From Eledone cirrhosa (taxonomy: Eukaryota), in the NCBI GenBank assembly GCA_964016885.1, contig OZ024741.1:240498001-240562000 (forward strand): 64,000 nucleotides of DNA. Reading direction: 5' to 3'. The notes beneath the pieces were generated by a model that made no database searches, had not been told where the DNA came from, and worked only from the letters and a program-made list of their open reading frames with translations. Shown piece by piece: positions 27,801 to 40,200 of this stretch. Position 1 is the stretch's first letter. Every line of letters starts with the position of its first letter. Made by a program: the position numbers and the translations under genes.

Positions 27801-28466
27801 TTCTTGCCAGCTTAGCAAAAGTGGCTAACGGTCCCTTCGCGAACGCTTCCATCATGCGCCTCTCAATCTTTTACGCATCCCTTTAGCTGTGTTCATCCAT
27901 TTCTATGAAGAGTGCCAACGTGTCCCCCTCGAGGTACAGTGCCAAGAGGCCAGCAACATCTTCAATCTTCTGTAAGCTTGCGACCAGCCGGACTTTTTGC
28001 AGCCAAGCGACAACATCGCCTTCACCGGTACATGCTCTAATCACTTCGCTCATTCGTAATCTCGTTGCTATATCCTATCCTCTTGCGGTAAGTAATAAAA
28101 AACAACAGACTCCTCTCTGTTTTTCCAGTAGCTTTGTTTTCGAGAAAGTTCTTTTTTTTTTTTTTTTTTTTCTTTGATCAATCAGATCTCAGTTTCCAGT
28201 GCCGAAATAGCTTGTGTTTAGAAAAAGCTACCTCGCTTACCGCTTTCGCAGGCGCCGCTGATCCAATGGCAGGTTTCTCCTCTCCCACATGCGTACAATC
28301 CAACTCGTTAACCGGGAGCTGCAAAACTGACGTTCACCATGTTTGCTGATCACCCTAGAGAGAGGCCGACCTGCTGGCCCTCCCGGTCGAGCACCTCTCC
28401 GGCCAAGCACCCTTCCGGTCAGGCACTCCCCAGCCTCCGGCCACCGCACACCACACCATACCCACA
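24826..28466 (-). mobile_element. Ty3/Gypsy copy B of the same family (decayed): full 5' LTR 28213-28466, 3' end of integrase and 3' LTR lost
   Basis: Colinear reverse complement of copy A. It keeps the protease ALVDTG and RT YIDDI motifs but has a ~34-bp deletion in RT and frameshifts. Confidence 0.93.
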
Positions 28467-28830
28467 AAAACCCCAGTAAAATGCAAACATAACAGATCAG
28501 ACATAGTGATATGGGACAGGGAAAAGAAGGCATGCACAGTAGTGGAAGTCAGCTGCCTAGCAGATGCCAATATAATATTAAAGATTAGTAAAAACAAGAA
28601 CATCTATGCTGAAATAATGAGGAATCTGCAGATACTCCACATTGACTATGCCTTCAGATTAATACCTGTGATTATTGGGGCTCTGGGATATGTTACTGTC
28701 TCAGTACAAATCTTGAGAAGCTGGGCTTCACAGAACCAGAAAGAACACAACTATTTAGGAAGTTATCAGTACAATCCATTAATTGAACTGTAAAAATATG
28801 TAAAACATTCAAAAGATTCTGCATTTAATA
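28467..28830 (+). mobile_element. Same R4-like LINE, restriction-like endonuclease domain, right of Gypsy B
   Basis: KCKHNRSDIVIWDREKKACTVVEVSCLADAN...IPVIIGALG matches the RLE signature HNRPD-(x)n-E..P.D...IPVIIGALG. Confidence 0.78.
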
Positions 28831-29399
28831 ACTGCTATACACATGTATAGATACAAATCATATGCATGTGTACACATATAACTCAAAATACATAGATCCA
28901 CACATAAAAAAAACATCCACACCTGCACACACACATTCACACATGCAGACATATATATTTACCTAGTTGATGTCTAAATTCTAATGAAAGAGTCTTATGT
29001 CTATGTTAGAAACTGACTCTCTCTCTATCGGTATATTTATAAAATAATGAAACCAGAAAAACATACATACATAGACACATATATACATACATACACATAT
29101 AAGATGTGCTCTAACATCTGTAGAGATTTTCTCAATTTGATATTTAGACATTTCCCCTCTACTTCCTCTCTGTCCTTAAATATGATGAGATTTTTAATAA
29201 AAGATGCTGTGAAATTAGCAGGAACCAAGAAAAATACATAGTAAAAATCTTACTCTCATAGCTTGTTCAAATTCTTTTCTTTTATAATATTCTCCTGTTT
29301 TTGTCAGTTTTATGGTAAGTGTCTTTTAACATCTTCAGTTTATCATACACAAGTCTCCATTGCTGACAATATCATTTCTAAATGCTATACAAGACTTAC

Positions 29400-29451
29400 T
29401 GAGAATATTTCAAAGCAAGATATTCCCAATGCATTCATACTTTTGAGAATC
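29400..29451 (-). CDS. Candidate 52-nt protocadherin exon, phase 1 gives (G)FSKV*
   Basis: Acceptor tttgcatatctttcAG and donor GTAAGT on either side, in unique sequence. Sequence-only prediction. Confidence 0.3.
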
Positions 29452-30120
29452 CTGAAAGATATGCAAATGTATTTGGAGTTTAAAATATAAAACAACACAG
29501 ATTTTAAAACCCTTTTGATACAAAATCGCCTGAAACTGCCCATGATTCTACGATACAAAACTTTTCATTCTAATTTATATATTTTTCATTTAAAAACTTT
29601 CTATCTTAATTTTATGTAAAAATCCTTTAAGTTATGTTCTAAACATCAGCTTAATAATATCAGTTATTTTACTTAATCCTTCCAAATTCTTGATTATTTT
29701 TACAATTATTTGAAATGCATAGGAAGTGTATTTCATTACAAATTTAGTAACGAAAGGGTTATGATTGATTCATCTATCACTGAACATGCTTTCGCATATA
29801 TGCATAGGATGCAGAGATTCAATCTTTGTTTGTTGAAATATTAAATATTCTATTACAGGATTTAATATTATAAATGAGAAATCTGTATTTTTGCAGATGT
29901 TATAGCAAATTTTACTAAAGAATTTTGTATGTATTAACTGATTGATAAATGTTTTCCAGTGCTATACCAAATAGATAAATATTTTGACCATCAGAATCTA
30001 CTTTTGAGAATGTATAACTACATATATACATATGTATATCTGTCTATACTTCAAAATATATTTGTATATACTGTACAATTAGAAGATATATATATAGTCA
30101 AAATTTAAGTATATATATAT

Positions 30121-30460
30121 ACACATGGCTTAGTGGTTAGAGCATTGGCGTTGCAATCGAAAGGTTGTGAGTTCAATTCTCAGACCGGGTGATGTGTTGT
30201 TTCCCTGAGCAAGACACTTTATTTCACATTGCTCCAGTTTACTCAGCTGTAGAAATGAGATGATAGGGACTGAAGTCCCTATCATTCCACTGCAAAGTGG
30301 TCGTGTAGGCGCCACGGCAAAAAAGCAGCCAGCACTCACTGTAAATGAGGTTGGTGTTAGGAAGGGCATCCAGCTGTAGAAATCAAGCCAGAATCAGTTC
30401 CCATCCCACCCTTGCAAGCAGGGGAAAAGCGGATGTAAAATAAAATGATGAATGATGATG
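30121..30460 (+). mobile_element. tRNA-derived SINE family 2: CORE-like domain plus RTE-type 3' tail ending in (GAT)n
   Basis: A box TGGCTTAGTGG, B box GAGTTCAATTC, CORE-like TGAGCAAGACACTT..CAGCTGTAGAAATG. The tail GGTGTTAGGAAGGGCATCCAGCTGTAGAAA is shared with the RTE 3' UTRs. Confidence 0.85.
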
Positions 30461-31199
30461 AAACAAAATTAACTCGAATATCAAGTTTTGAAACACGAGT
30501 GTATTAGAATTTGTGGGAAAATGGAAAAACTCAGCATAAGGAAGCTGTTAAAATAGCAAAATATCGTCGAAGTGGCATTGGATAAAACATTACCTCGAAG
30601 GACAGTAATCAGCGGCTTGAAGTGAGTTGTCTCGAAGAATTGATAGGAAGGAAGAAATAGAATGGGTGAGAAGAGATCACAACATTAAAATAGGCTCATC
30701 AGATTTCAGAGCACCTGCAGTTTCAAGACTTTAACTGAAATTACTGTGAAGAATAGGTGGCTTGTAACAACAGAAAAATAAATATCTTTGTTGGGTATAA
30801 TGTTTGTGTTGGGGCAGGTCAGAGAGAGAGGAAGACCACGAAAAACATGAGCGGAGGTGGTGAGAGCTGATCTCATATCACTGAAGCTCACAGAGGAGAT
30901 GACGAATGGAGAGATGTTGTGCAAGCAGGGAAAAGCCGACGTAAAATGATGATGATATTTGGTATAAATCAAAGTTGTAGCCACAGTAGAGATGATACCA
31001 ATCGAATTGTTTTAGTTAGTCACAAAGCACTTGATAGTGTGAAAAGTTAATGCATTTTTCGTCCAGAGTAAACACAAAGTTAAGAAAGTGCAACACAGAA
31101 TAAATGGACCAGGTGTATGTGGCCATAGTATATAGCCACAACAACAATAAATATATAGGAAAAGTAAATGAAAAACAACACAGTAAACAAAAATATATG

Positions 31200-31470
31200 T
31201 TAGTTAAATGCTTGATATAGTAGGAAAAGATTCTTAACGTTTTGGACACTATCCTTCATCAGAAGATAGAATGAGAGATAAAAGAAGAAATAAATAGAAG
31301 ACAGGGAGAAGAGGATGAAATGGAAAAAATAATTTGTGGAGAGTAAAAAGACACATGTATATATGTGCTTTTGGGAAGCTGCCATAATGCAGATAGCTGT
31401 AAATAATAGTTGAATAAGTCAGTTAAAGTGCCTCTGGAAATAGAAATGCCTGTGGTAATTGAGCCACACA
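31200..31470 (-). mobile_element. Old PLE-like 3' end with inactivated hammerhead (similar remnant at ~5190-5400, minus strand)
   Basis: Minus strand TCTT-CTGATGA-AGGA(TAGTG)TCC-AAAA-CG-TT-AAGA near 31232-31266 (G12 changed to A). TTGATGAAGAACTACCACTCGAAACATTAAGG near 5264-5296. Confidence 0.45.
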
Positions 31471-32339
31471 TCTGCCATATACATTATTATTATGAAGCTC
31501 ACAGAGGAGATGACGAATGGAGAGATGTTGTGCTGCATTTAACCATTACAACAAAGTGCACATATTAATTAATTCCAACACAAGCGCTAATTATATGCAA
31601 ATTAGTACATCCATTTCAGAATAATACTAAGACAGAATGAGTATATAAGCTCACCAAATGCATGTTTCTTTGTTGTTGTTTCGATGATATACACACCTTC
31701 CAAAAATCGATTAAAGGTGTCTATCATTTTTCAATTTACAGGGACATTATATATTAGATATGTGTATATATTTATATACACGGATGCAGTCTCAGTTACC
31801 TACTCTGTATTAATACCAAGAGCAAATTGATGCTATGCCATTCATGCACACATCCATCAGAGCATGCAAGTTTCATTTCTTTCCAATCTTCATAGGTCTT
31901 CTGCACACAGTGCCCAGGTCTCACTTCTGTACAACGTTGCTCTTTGTACACAAACATCATATATTTCTGCTTTCAATTTTGAGGGAAAAACCTTTTGTAG
32001 CCAGCAGAAGTAGTAAACTTTTCCCATCGCGTTCTTACTCTGGCTACTGTACTTTGAGAATACTCACTTCCATTGCTAAATTTGGTTTCCTAGGTCACAG
32101 AAACTATCAACTATTTCTATGGAGCCCGCTGAGCCTTTAAGGGGGCTTGTTTCCAGTGAGCTCTTATTGCTTACAGCTCCTGTGCATCAACCACGTATAA
32201 AACTTACATTCTTTGCTAGCCAGTCTGAGATCCCACCACATCAATTGTGTACCCATAGTTTGCATTTGGGACATAGAGTACACACACACGCTACCATGGA
32301 AAAATGGAGGTTAAATGATGATGATGATGATGATATATA

Positions 32340-32990
32340 TATAGTTCTACAGGATATAACAGAGAAGTTTCAGACTGGCTGCCCATGGGAACTTCTCCAT
32401 GCAGATGATCTGGTCATTATAGCCAAATCCATTAAAGATCTAGAAAATAAGTCTGGAAAATAATCCTGGAAACAGAATTTGGAATCAAAATGTCTGAGAG
32501 TAAACTTAGCCAAAACTAAAGTGCTGGTGAGTAGGAGAGAAGATAGGACCCTTGTCCTTTCAGGGAAGTGGCCCTGCTCAATATGTAGAAAGGGCGTAGT
32601 CATGAACTCCATCCAATGTACACAATGTAAATCTTGGGTACACAAGAGATGTAGTGGGATAACAGGTAGACTACCAGGAATGGAAGAATTTAAGAGGAAG
32701 AATTTAATGGAAGAATTTAAGAGGAATCTGAAGTGGTGTGCTGAAGAAAAGACTGTGTTGGTATGGACAATGATTGCTGGGTAAAGAAGTGCAAGGAAGT
32801 GCCAATGAAAGGAAGTCACAGTAGACGTTGACTGAGAAAGACCTGGGCAGAAGTAAAGAGAGTTGACCTCAAATTTCAGAGACACACAGATGAGATGATG
32901 AAGGAACGCGACACGTGGGGAGATGCTGTGATGGGAAGGACCCGTGCAAGCATGGCAAAATGGACATAAAAACAATGATGGTGATGAAGA
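32340..32990 (+). mobile_element. RTE-clade LINE fragment (RT plus PHD-like insertion)
   Basis: GCPWELLHADDLVIIA...LRVNLAKTKVL...WPCSICRKGV..NSIQCTQCKSWVHKRCSGI. Confidence 0.8.
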
Positions 32991-33097
32991 CACACACACA
33001 CATATACACACACATTCAGACACAAGCACACATACATATATACACACACGCATGCACACAGATATATATACATACACACATGTGTGTATATATATAT

Positions 33098-33427
33098 ATC
33101 ATCATCATCATCATTTTACGTCCACTTTTCCCTGCTTACAAGGGTGGGATGGGAACTGATTCTGGCTTGATTTCTACAGCTGGATGCCCTTCCTAACACC
33201 AACCTCATTTACTGTGAGTGCTGGGTGCACGTCCACTTTACAGTGTGGGCTGGGTGCTTTTTTCCCTATCATTCCACTTTGCAGTGGAATGATATGGACC
33301 CCAGACCCTATCATCTCATTTCTACAGCTGAGTGAACTGAAGCAATGTGAAATAAAGTGTCTTGCTCAAGGAAACAACACATCACCCGGTCTGAGAATTA
33401 AACTCACAACCTTTCTTTCGATTGCAA
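33098..33427 (-). mobile_element. SINE family 2
   Basis: Reverse complement of the 30121-30460 consensus. Confidence 0.85.
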
Positions 33428-33444
33428 TATATATATATATATAT

Positions 33445-34115
33445 AACGAACTAAGGAAAAAATTAGAAATAAGAGGGATCAGATGTTGTTTACTCGAGAG
33501 AAGGCTATGTTGGTATGGTCACGTGATGCGCATGAAGGACGATAGCTGTATAACAAAGTGCAGGGCAATAAAGATAGACGGTAGCCACGAAATAGGCAGA
33601 CTCAGAAAAACCTGGGACGAGCTGATAAATTCCGACCTCACACACTTACACCTCACCAAGACAATGTCACTGGACCGAGACCTTTGGCGGTACTCAGTAA
33701 TAGAGAAGACCTGCCTTATCTAAATACAAAGTAAAACCTACTACAGTCAGTAGGCATCTCTAACAAAATACATCCCCGTACCACCACCCCCACCCCATCC
33801 ACACCGCCCCTTTCAATGTAAAGTTATGTTGGTGCCACAACATCCAGGCTGAAACAAATGAGATTGTGTAGGTGTCACGTCAAAAAAACACACAGTTCAC
33901 GCTGTAATGTGGCCGTGTAGGCAACACGGTAAAAACCTCCCAGCCCCACACTGTAAATGTGGTTGGTGTTAGGAAGGGCATCCAGCTGTAGAAAACCCAC
34001 CAGATAGTCCTATGCGAGCAAGATAATCACTCTTGCCTCAAGTGGGAAAACCCCCATCCAAACCCATGCAAGCGTGGAACATGGACGTTAAACGTTGATG
34101 ATGATGATGATGATA
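33445..34115 (+). mobile_element. RTE LINE 3' end with UTR and (GAT)n tail
   Basis: NELRKKLEIRGI...RRLCWYGHVMRM...GRLRKTW; near-identical to 46222-46897. Confidence 0.87.
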
Positions 34116-34120
34116 TATAT

Positions 34121-35270
34121 AAACGGAAAAATGAAACGAAATTTCATTTCCCACTCTTAATACGGCTGTTACTTAAATATAAGTATGTACACGTACATAC
34201 ATATATGTATACAGACGTACAGTAGTATGTATATATATATATACATATATGCACACATATATATATGCACGTATGGATTCACCGAACATTTATTATAATG
34301 CTCGGTGTGTTTGAAAACGATAAACGGAAAAAATGAAACGAAATTTCATTTCCGACTCTTAGTACGGCTGTTACTTAAATATAAGTATGTACACGTACAT
34401 ACATATATGTATACAGACGTACAGTAGTATGTATATATATATACATACATGCACACATATATATATGCACGTATGGATTCACATATATATATATGCACGT
34501 ATGCACCCGGCCGATTAACCCACTCTTATGCAAATTGGGCTACTCAGCCGTTAATATGCATAAGGTAAGTATATACGTTCAACAATCTGGCAGGAAGGTA
34601 TATGTTGCTGACGATAGCTAATAAGCTTGAAACGAGTACAGCATTCATTTGTCAGTGTTGAACAAACGAGCAACGATGGTTGCTGGACACTACGGTTTAA
34701 TACGGGATGTTTGTTTACAAACACACCGAGCATTATAATAAATGTTTGGTGAATCCATACATGCATTTATATATGTATGCATGTTTGTATATATATAAAC
34801 ATACTACTGTATGTCTGTATACATATATGTATGTACGTGTACATACTTATATTTAAGTAACAGCTGTACTAAGAGTGGGAAATGAAATTTCGTTTCTTTT
34901 TTTCCGTTTATCGTTTTCGGTGCACCCGGCTGATTAACCCACTAAATATGCAAATTGGGCTACTCAGCCATTAATATGCATAAGGTAAGTATATACGTTC
35001 AATAATCTGGTAGGAAGGTATACGTTGCTGACGATAGCTAATAAGCTTGAAACCAGTACAGCATTCATTTGTCAGTGTTGAACAAACGAGCAACGATGGT
35101 TGCTGGATACTACGGCTTAATATGGGATGTTTGTTTACAAACACACCGAGCATTATAATAAATGTTCGGTGAATCCATACGTGCATATATATATGTGTGC
35201 ATGTATGTATATATATATACATACTACTGTACGTCTGTATACATATATGTATGTACGTGTACATACTTAT
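34121..35270. repeat. Unclassified ~420-bp interspersed repeat in a tandem-plus-inverted cluster; further copies at ~53999-54447 and ~58924-58985
   Basis: Block aaacggaaaaaatgaaacgaaatttcatttcccactctt... appears twice forward and then inverted; 34503-34920 is repeated at 34921-35270. Copies sit in TA-rich or (TA)n sequence. Confidence 0.8.
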
Positions 35271-35282
35271 ATATATATATAT

Positions 35283-35560
35283 ATATACAATATATTGGCA
35301 AATAGAAACTATATTTATAAAACCATATTTATTTCATTATACATATTTCAAGGGCCACCAAGGCAAACTATGGTGCGCTTTCATCATATAAATGGTTGCA
35401 TTTTTTCAGGGTATGTGAATATTTATTTATAAAACTAACCTATATTATATTTTATCTGATGAAAGCGCACCATAGTTTGCCTTGGTGGCCCTTGAAATAT
35501 GTATAATGAAATAAATATGGTTTTATAAATATAGTTTCCATTTGTTAATATATTGTATAT
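35283..35560. mobile_element. Fold-back element in (TA)n with ~110-bp inverted arms, probably a Penelope pseudo-LTR remnant
   Basis: 35285-35394 is the reverse complement of ~35452-35560; contains the hammerhead motif. Confidence 0.7.
35448..35513 (+). ncRNA. Minimal type I hammerhead ribozyme motif in the right arm of a fold-back element
   Basis: TATTTTAT-CTGATGA-AAGCGCACCA...TGGTGGCCCTT-GAAA-TA(TG)TA-TA|ATGAAATA. 8-bp stem I, intact core, imperfect stem II, AUA cleavage triplet, overlapping AATAAA. Confidence 0.65.
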
Positions 35561-35698
35561 TTACTCCAATAATTTGTTGAGTGCTTTATATCAGTTATAA
35601 AAATATTTTGCTTGTTGTATCCCAACAAATTAAATATAACCTCTACATATATATATATGTATATAGATATATATATGTATATATATATATATATATAT

Positions 35699-35958
35699 CA
35701 TCATCATCATCATTTTACCTCCGCTTTCCCCTGATTTCAAGGGTGGGACGGGAACTGATTCTGGCTTGATTTCTACAGCTGGATGCCCTTCCTAACACCA
35801 ACCTCATTTACAGTGAGTGCTGGGTGCTTTTTTGCCTTGGCACCTCCACGACCACTTTGCAGTGGAATGATAGGGACCCCAGTCCTATCATCTCATTTCT
35901 ACAGCTGAGTAAACTGGAGCAATGTGAAATAAAGTGTCTTGCTCAAGGAAACAACATA
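35699..35958 (-). mobile_element. SINE family 2, 5'-truncated
   Basis: Reverse complement of the consensus, lacking the tRNA head. Confidence 0.83.
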
Positions 35959-36563
35959 TCACATATATACATATATACGCATTCTTTCGCACCCTTGGTC
36001 AGGCAGGTTCGTTTTTTTTCTCTCTCTCGTCTATGATTTCACAGAACTTACGTTCACCGAATTCACAGACTAGATTGCTTCTTCCTCCCGTTAGACCTGT
36101 ACGGAATTCCTTCCTTGCTCACATTCCAACCAGGTTTGATGGTCTTTATTCTCTCACGTTCACGATTTCAATGAACTTATATTCATGGAAATTTGGGACT
36201 TGATTCTTTCTTCCTCACTTTTTGTTGCTTCACCATCTTTGTTTGTTTACACTTGTGTCCTCTTTATTTACGTGTCCCAACGACTTTTTTTAGCCGTTGC
36301 TTGCACCAACCGGAGGTATATGGTCTTTAAAGCGATGAAATACCAATGATGGTTGGAAGATCACTGATGAAGGACTAACTTTATTCATATGTATATATAT
36401 ATACATATATACACATATACATATATATATATATATATTTAGGTAGATGCACACATACATCTGTATGTATGTGTGTGTATATACACACACATACATACAC
36501 TGAAATATTTATATTATAAGAATGCATTAGGAATAGTGAAATGACGATCAGAAAGTTCAGCAA

Positions 36564-36613
36564 TCAAAGAGAAAGATTTATATCTGCAAGACTAGTATTA
36601 AGAGTTGAATGAC
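36564..36613 (-). CDS. Candidate protocadherin terminal coding exon (G)HSTLNTSLADINLSL*
   Basis: Strong acceptor tttcacctttcacctctgcAG ends at 36614 in unique sequence just past the satellite; a phase-1 read is open to TGA. No transcript evidence. Confidence 0.4.
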
Positions 36614-37239
36614 CTGCAGAGGTGAAAGGTGAAATATAAGCAGTGTAGTTGGTTTAACATTCCTTTGTCTGATAGTGATCAGATGAGAAATTGTGTGGAG
36701 TAAATATTGACCAATATTTAGAGACAATCAAACTGGATTGTAGTGGGTGTATAGTATAGTTTATTGTGTGTACAATGCAGTGTATTGTATACTGGTTATA
36801 TAATTCATGTATTTTATAGTGGATATATTATGTAATGTAATGGGTATATAATAATGGTATTGTGTATAAAGTGTAGTATATTGTATAGTAGGTATATTAT
36901 GTGGTGTATTGTATATATAGTGTAATCTATTCTGTGTATATTGTATATTGTATAGTAGGTGTATTGTGTATAGTCTATTCTGCGTATATTGTATAGCAGG
37001 TATATAATATAGTGTATTGTGTATATAGTATATAGTGTAGTATATTGTATAGTAGGTGTATTGTGTATATAGTATAGTCTATTGTGTGTATATAGTATAG
37101 TCTATTGTGTGTATATAGTATAGCAGGTATATAATATAGTGTATTGTATATATAGTATAGTATATTGTGTGTATATTGTATAGCAGGTATATAATTGTTT
37201 CTACTTTAGGCACAAGGCCAGCAATTACCCAGTGCATTA

Positions 37240-40200
37240 CAGGTATATAATATAGGGTACTGTGTATATAGTGTAGTATATAGTATAGCAGGTATATAAT
37301 ATAAGGTACTGTGTATATAGTGTAGTCTAAAGTATAGTATATAGTATAGCAGGTATACAATATAGGCTACTGTGTATATAGTGTAGTATATAGTATAACA
37401 GGTATATAATATAAGGTACTGTGTATATAGTGTAGTATATAGTATAGCAGGTATACAATATAGGGTACTGTGTATATAGTATAGTATATAGTATAGCAGG
37501 TATATAATATAGGCTACTGTGTCTATAGTTTAGTATATAGTATAGCAGGTATATAATATAAGGTACTGTGTATATAGTGTAGTATATAGTATAGCAGGTA
37601 TATAATATAGAGTACTGTGTATATAGTGTAGTATATAGTATAGCAGGTATATAATATAGGCTACTGTGTCTATAGTGTAGTATATAGTATAGCAGTTATA
37701 TAATATAGGGTACTGTGTATATAGTATAGTATATAGTATAGCAGGTATATAATATAGGGTACTGTGTATATAGTGTAGTATATAGTATAGCAGGTATATA
37801 ATATAAGGTACTGTGTATATAGTGTAGTATATAGTATAGCAGGTATATAATATAGGGTACTGTGTATAGGATATTGTGTGTATATACTGTGTATATAGTG
37901 TAGTATATAGTATAGCAGGTATATAATATAGGGTACTGTGTATATAGTATAGTATATAGTATAGCAGGTATATAATATAGGGTACTGTGTATATAGTGTA
38001 GTATATAGTATAGCAGGTATATAATATAAGGTACTGTGTATATAGTGTAGTATATAGTATAGCAGGTATATAATATAGGGTACTGTGTATATAGTGTAGT
38101 ATATAGTATAGTAGGTATATAATATAGGGTACTGTGTATATAGTGTAGTATATAGTATAGCAGGTATATAATATAAGGTACTGTATATATAGTGTAGTAT
38201 ATTGTATAGCAGGTATATAATATAAGGTACTGTGTATATAGTATAGTATATAGTATAGCAGGTATATAATATAGGGTACTGTCTATATAGTATAGTATAT
38301 AGTATAGTATATAGTATAGTATATAGTATAGTATTTAGTATAGTATATAGTATAGTATATAGTATAGTATATAGTATAGCAGGTATATAATATAAGGTAC
38401 TGTGTATATAGTGTAGTATATAGTATAGCAGGTATATAATATAAGGTACTGTGTATATAGTGTAGTATATAGTATAGCAGGTATATAATATAAGGTACTG
38501 TGTATATAGTGTAGTATATAGTATAGCAGGTATATAATATAAGATACTGTGTATATAGTGTAGAATATAGTATAGCAGGTATATAATATAGGGTACTGTG
38601 TATATAGTGTAGTATATAGTATAGCAGGTATATAATATAAGGTACTGTGTATATAGTGTAGTATATAGTATAGCAGGTATATAATATAAGGTACTGTGTA
38701 TATAGTGTAGTATATTATATAGCAGGTATATAATATAGGGTACTGTGTATATAGTATAGTATATAGTACAGCAGGTATATAATATAGGGTACTGTGTATA
38801 TAGTATAGCAGGTATATAATATAGAGTACTATGTATATACTGTAGTATATAGTATAGTAGGTATATAATATAGGCTACTGTGTCTATAGTGTAGTATATA
38901 GTATAGCAGGTATTTAATATAAGGTACTGTGTATATAGTGTAGTATATAGTATAGCAGGTATATAATATAGGGTACTGTGTATATAGTGTAGTATATAGT
39001 ATAGCAGGTATATAATATAGGCTACTGTGTATATAGTATATAGTATAGCAGGTATATAATATAGGGTACTGTGTATATAGTGTAATATATAGTATAGCAG
39101 GTATATAATATAGGGTACTGTGTATATAGTATATAGTATAGCAGGTATATAATATAGGGTACTGTGTATATAGTATAGTATATAGCAGGTATATAATATA
39201 GGGTACTGTGTATATAATGTAGTATATAGTATAGCATGTATATAATATAGGGTACTGTGTATATAGTATAGTATATAGTGTGTATATTGTATAGCAGGTA
39301 TATAATATAGGGTACTGTGTATATAGTGTAGTATATAGTATAGAAGGTATATAATATAGGGTACTGTGTATATAGTATAGTATATAGTATAGCAGGTATA
39401 TAATATAGGGTACTGTGTATATAGTGTAGTATATAGTATAGCAGGTCTATAATATAGGCTACTGTGTATATAGTATAGCAGGTATATAATATAGGCTACT
39501 GTGTATATAGTGTAGTCTATTGTATAGCAGGTATATAATATAGGGTACTGTGTATATAGTGTAGTATATAGTATAGCAGGTATATAATATAGGGTACTGT
39601 GTATATAGTATAGTATATAGTATAGCAAGTATATAATATAGGGTACTGTGTATATAGTGTAGTATATAGTATAGCAGGTCTATAATATAGGCTACTGTGT
39701 ATATAGTATAGCAGGTATATAATATAGGCTACTGTGTATATAGTGTAGTATATAGTATAGCAGGTCTATAATATAGGCTACTGTGTATATAGTGTAGTCT
39801 ATAGTATAGCAGGTATATAATATAGGGTACTGTGTATATAGTGTAGTATATAGTATAGCAGGTCTATAATATAGGCTACTGTGTATATAGTATAGCAGGT
39901 ATATAATATAGGGTACTGTGTATATAGTGTAGTATATAGTATAGCAGGTATATAATATAGGGTACTGTGTATATAGTATAGTATATAGTATAGCAGGTAT
40001 ATAACATGGGGTACTGTGTATATAGTTGAGTATATAGTATAGCAGGTCTATAATATAGGCTACTGTGTATATAGTGTAGTCTATAGTATAGCAGGTATAT
40101 AATATAGGGTACTGTGTATATAGTGTAGTCTATTGTATAGCAGGTATATAATATAGGGTACTGTGTATATAGTGTAGTATATAGTATAGTAGGTCTATAA

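Noticed and set aside
29308-29314. Plus-strand 7-nt micro-exon (tttttgtcAG ttttatg GTAAGT)
   Set aside because: No plus-strand gene is evident in the window; could be chance.
32479-32784. PHD-finger-like peptide as a host gene exon
   Set aside because: Contiguous with RTE RT motifs and broken by stops; part of the LINE.
37670-39628. 652-aa Tyr/Ile/Thr-rich ORF (and 39022-39237, 40636-40878)
   Set aside because: Translation of the 49-bp satellite, whose minus strand lacks stop codons. Non-ATG start and no protein-like complexity.
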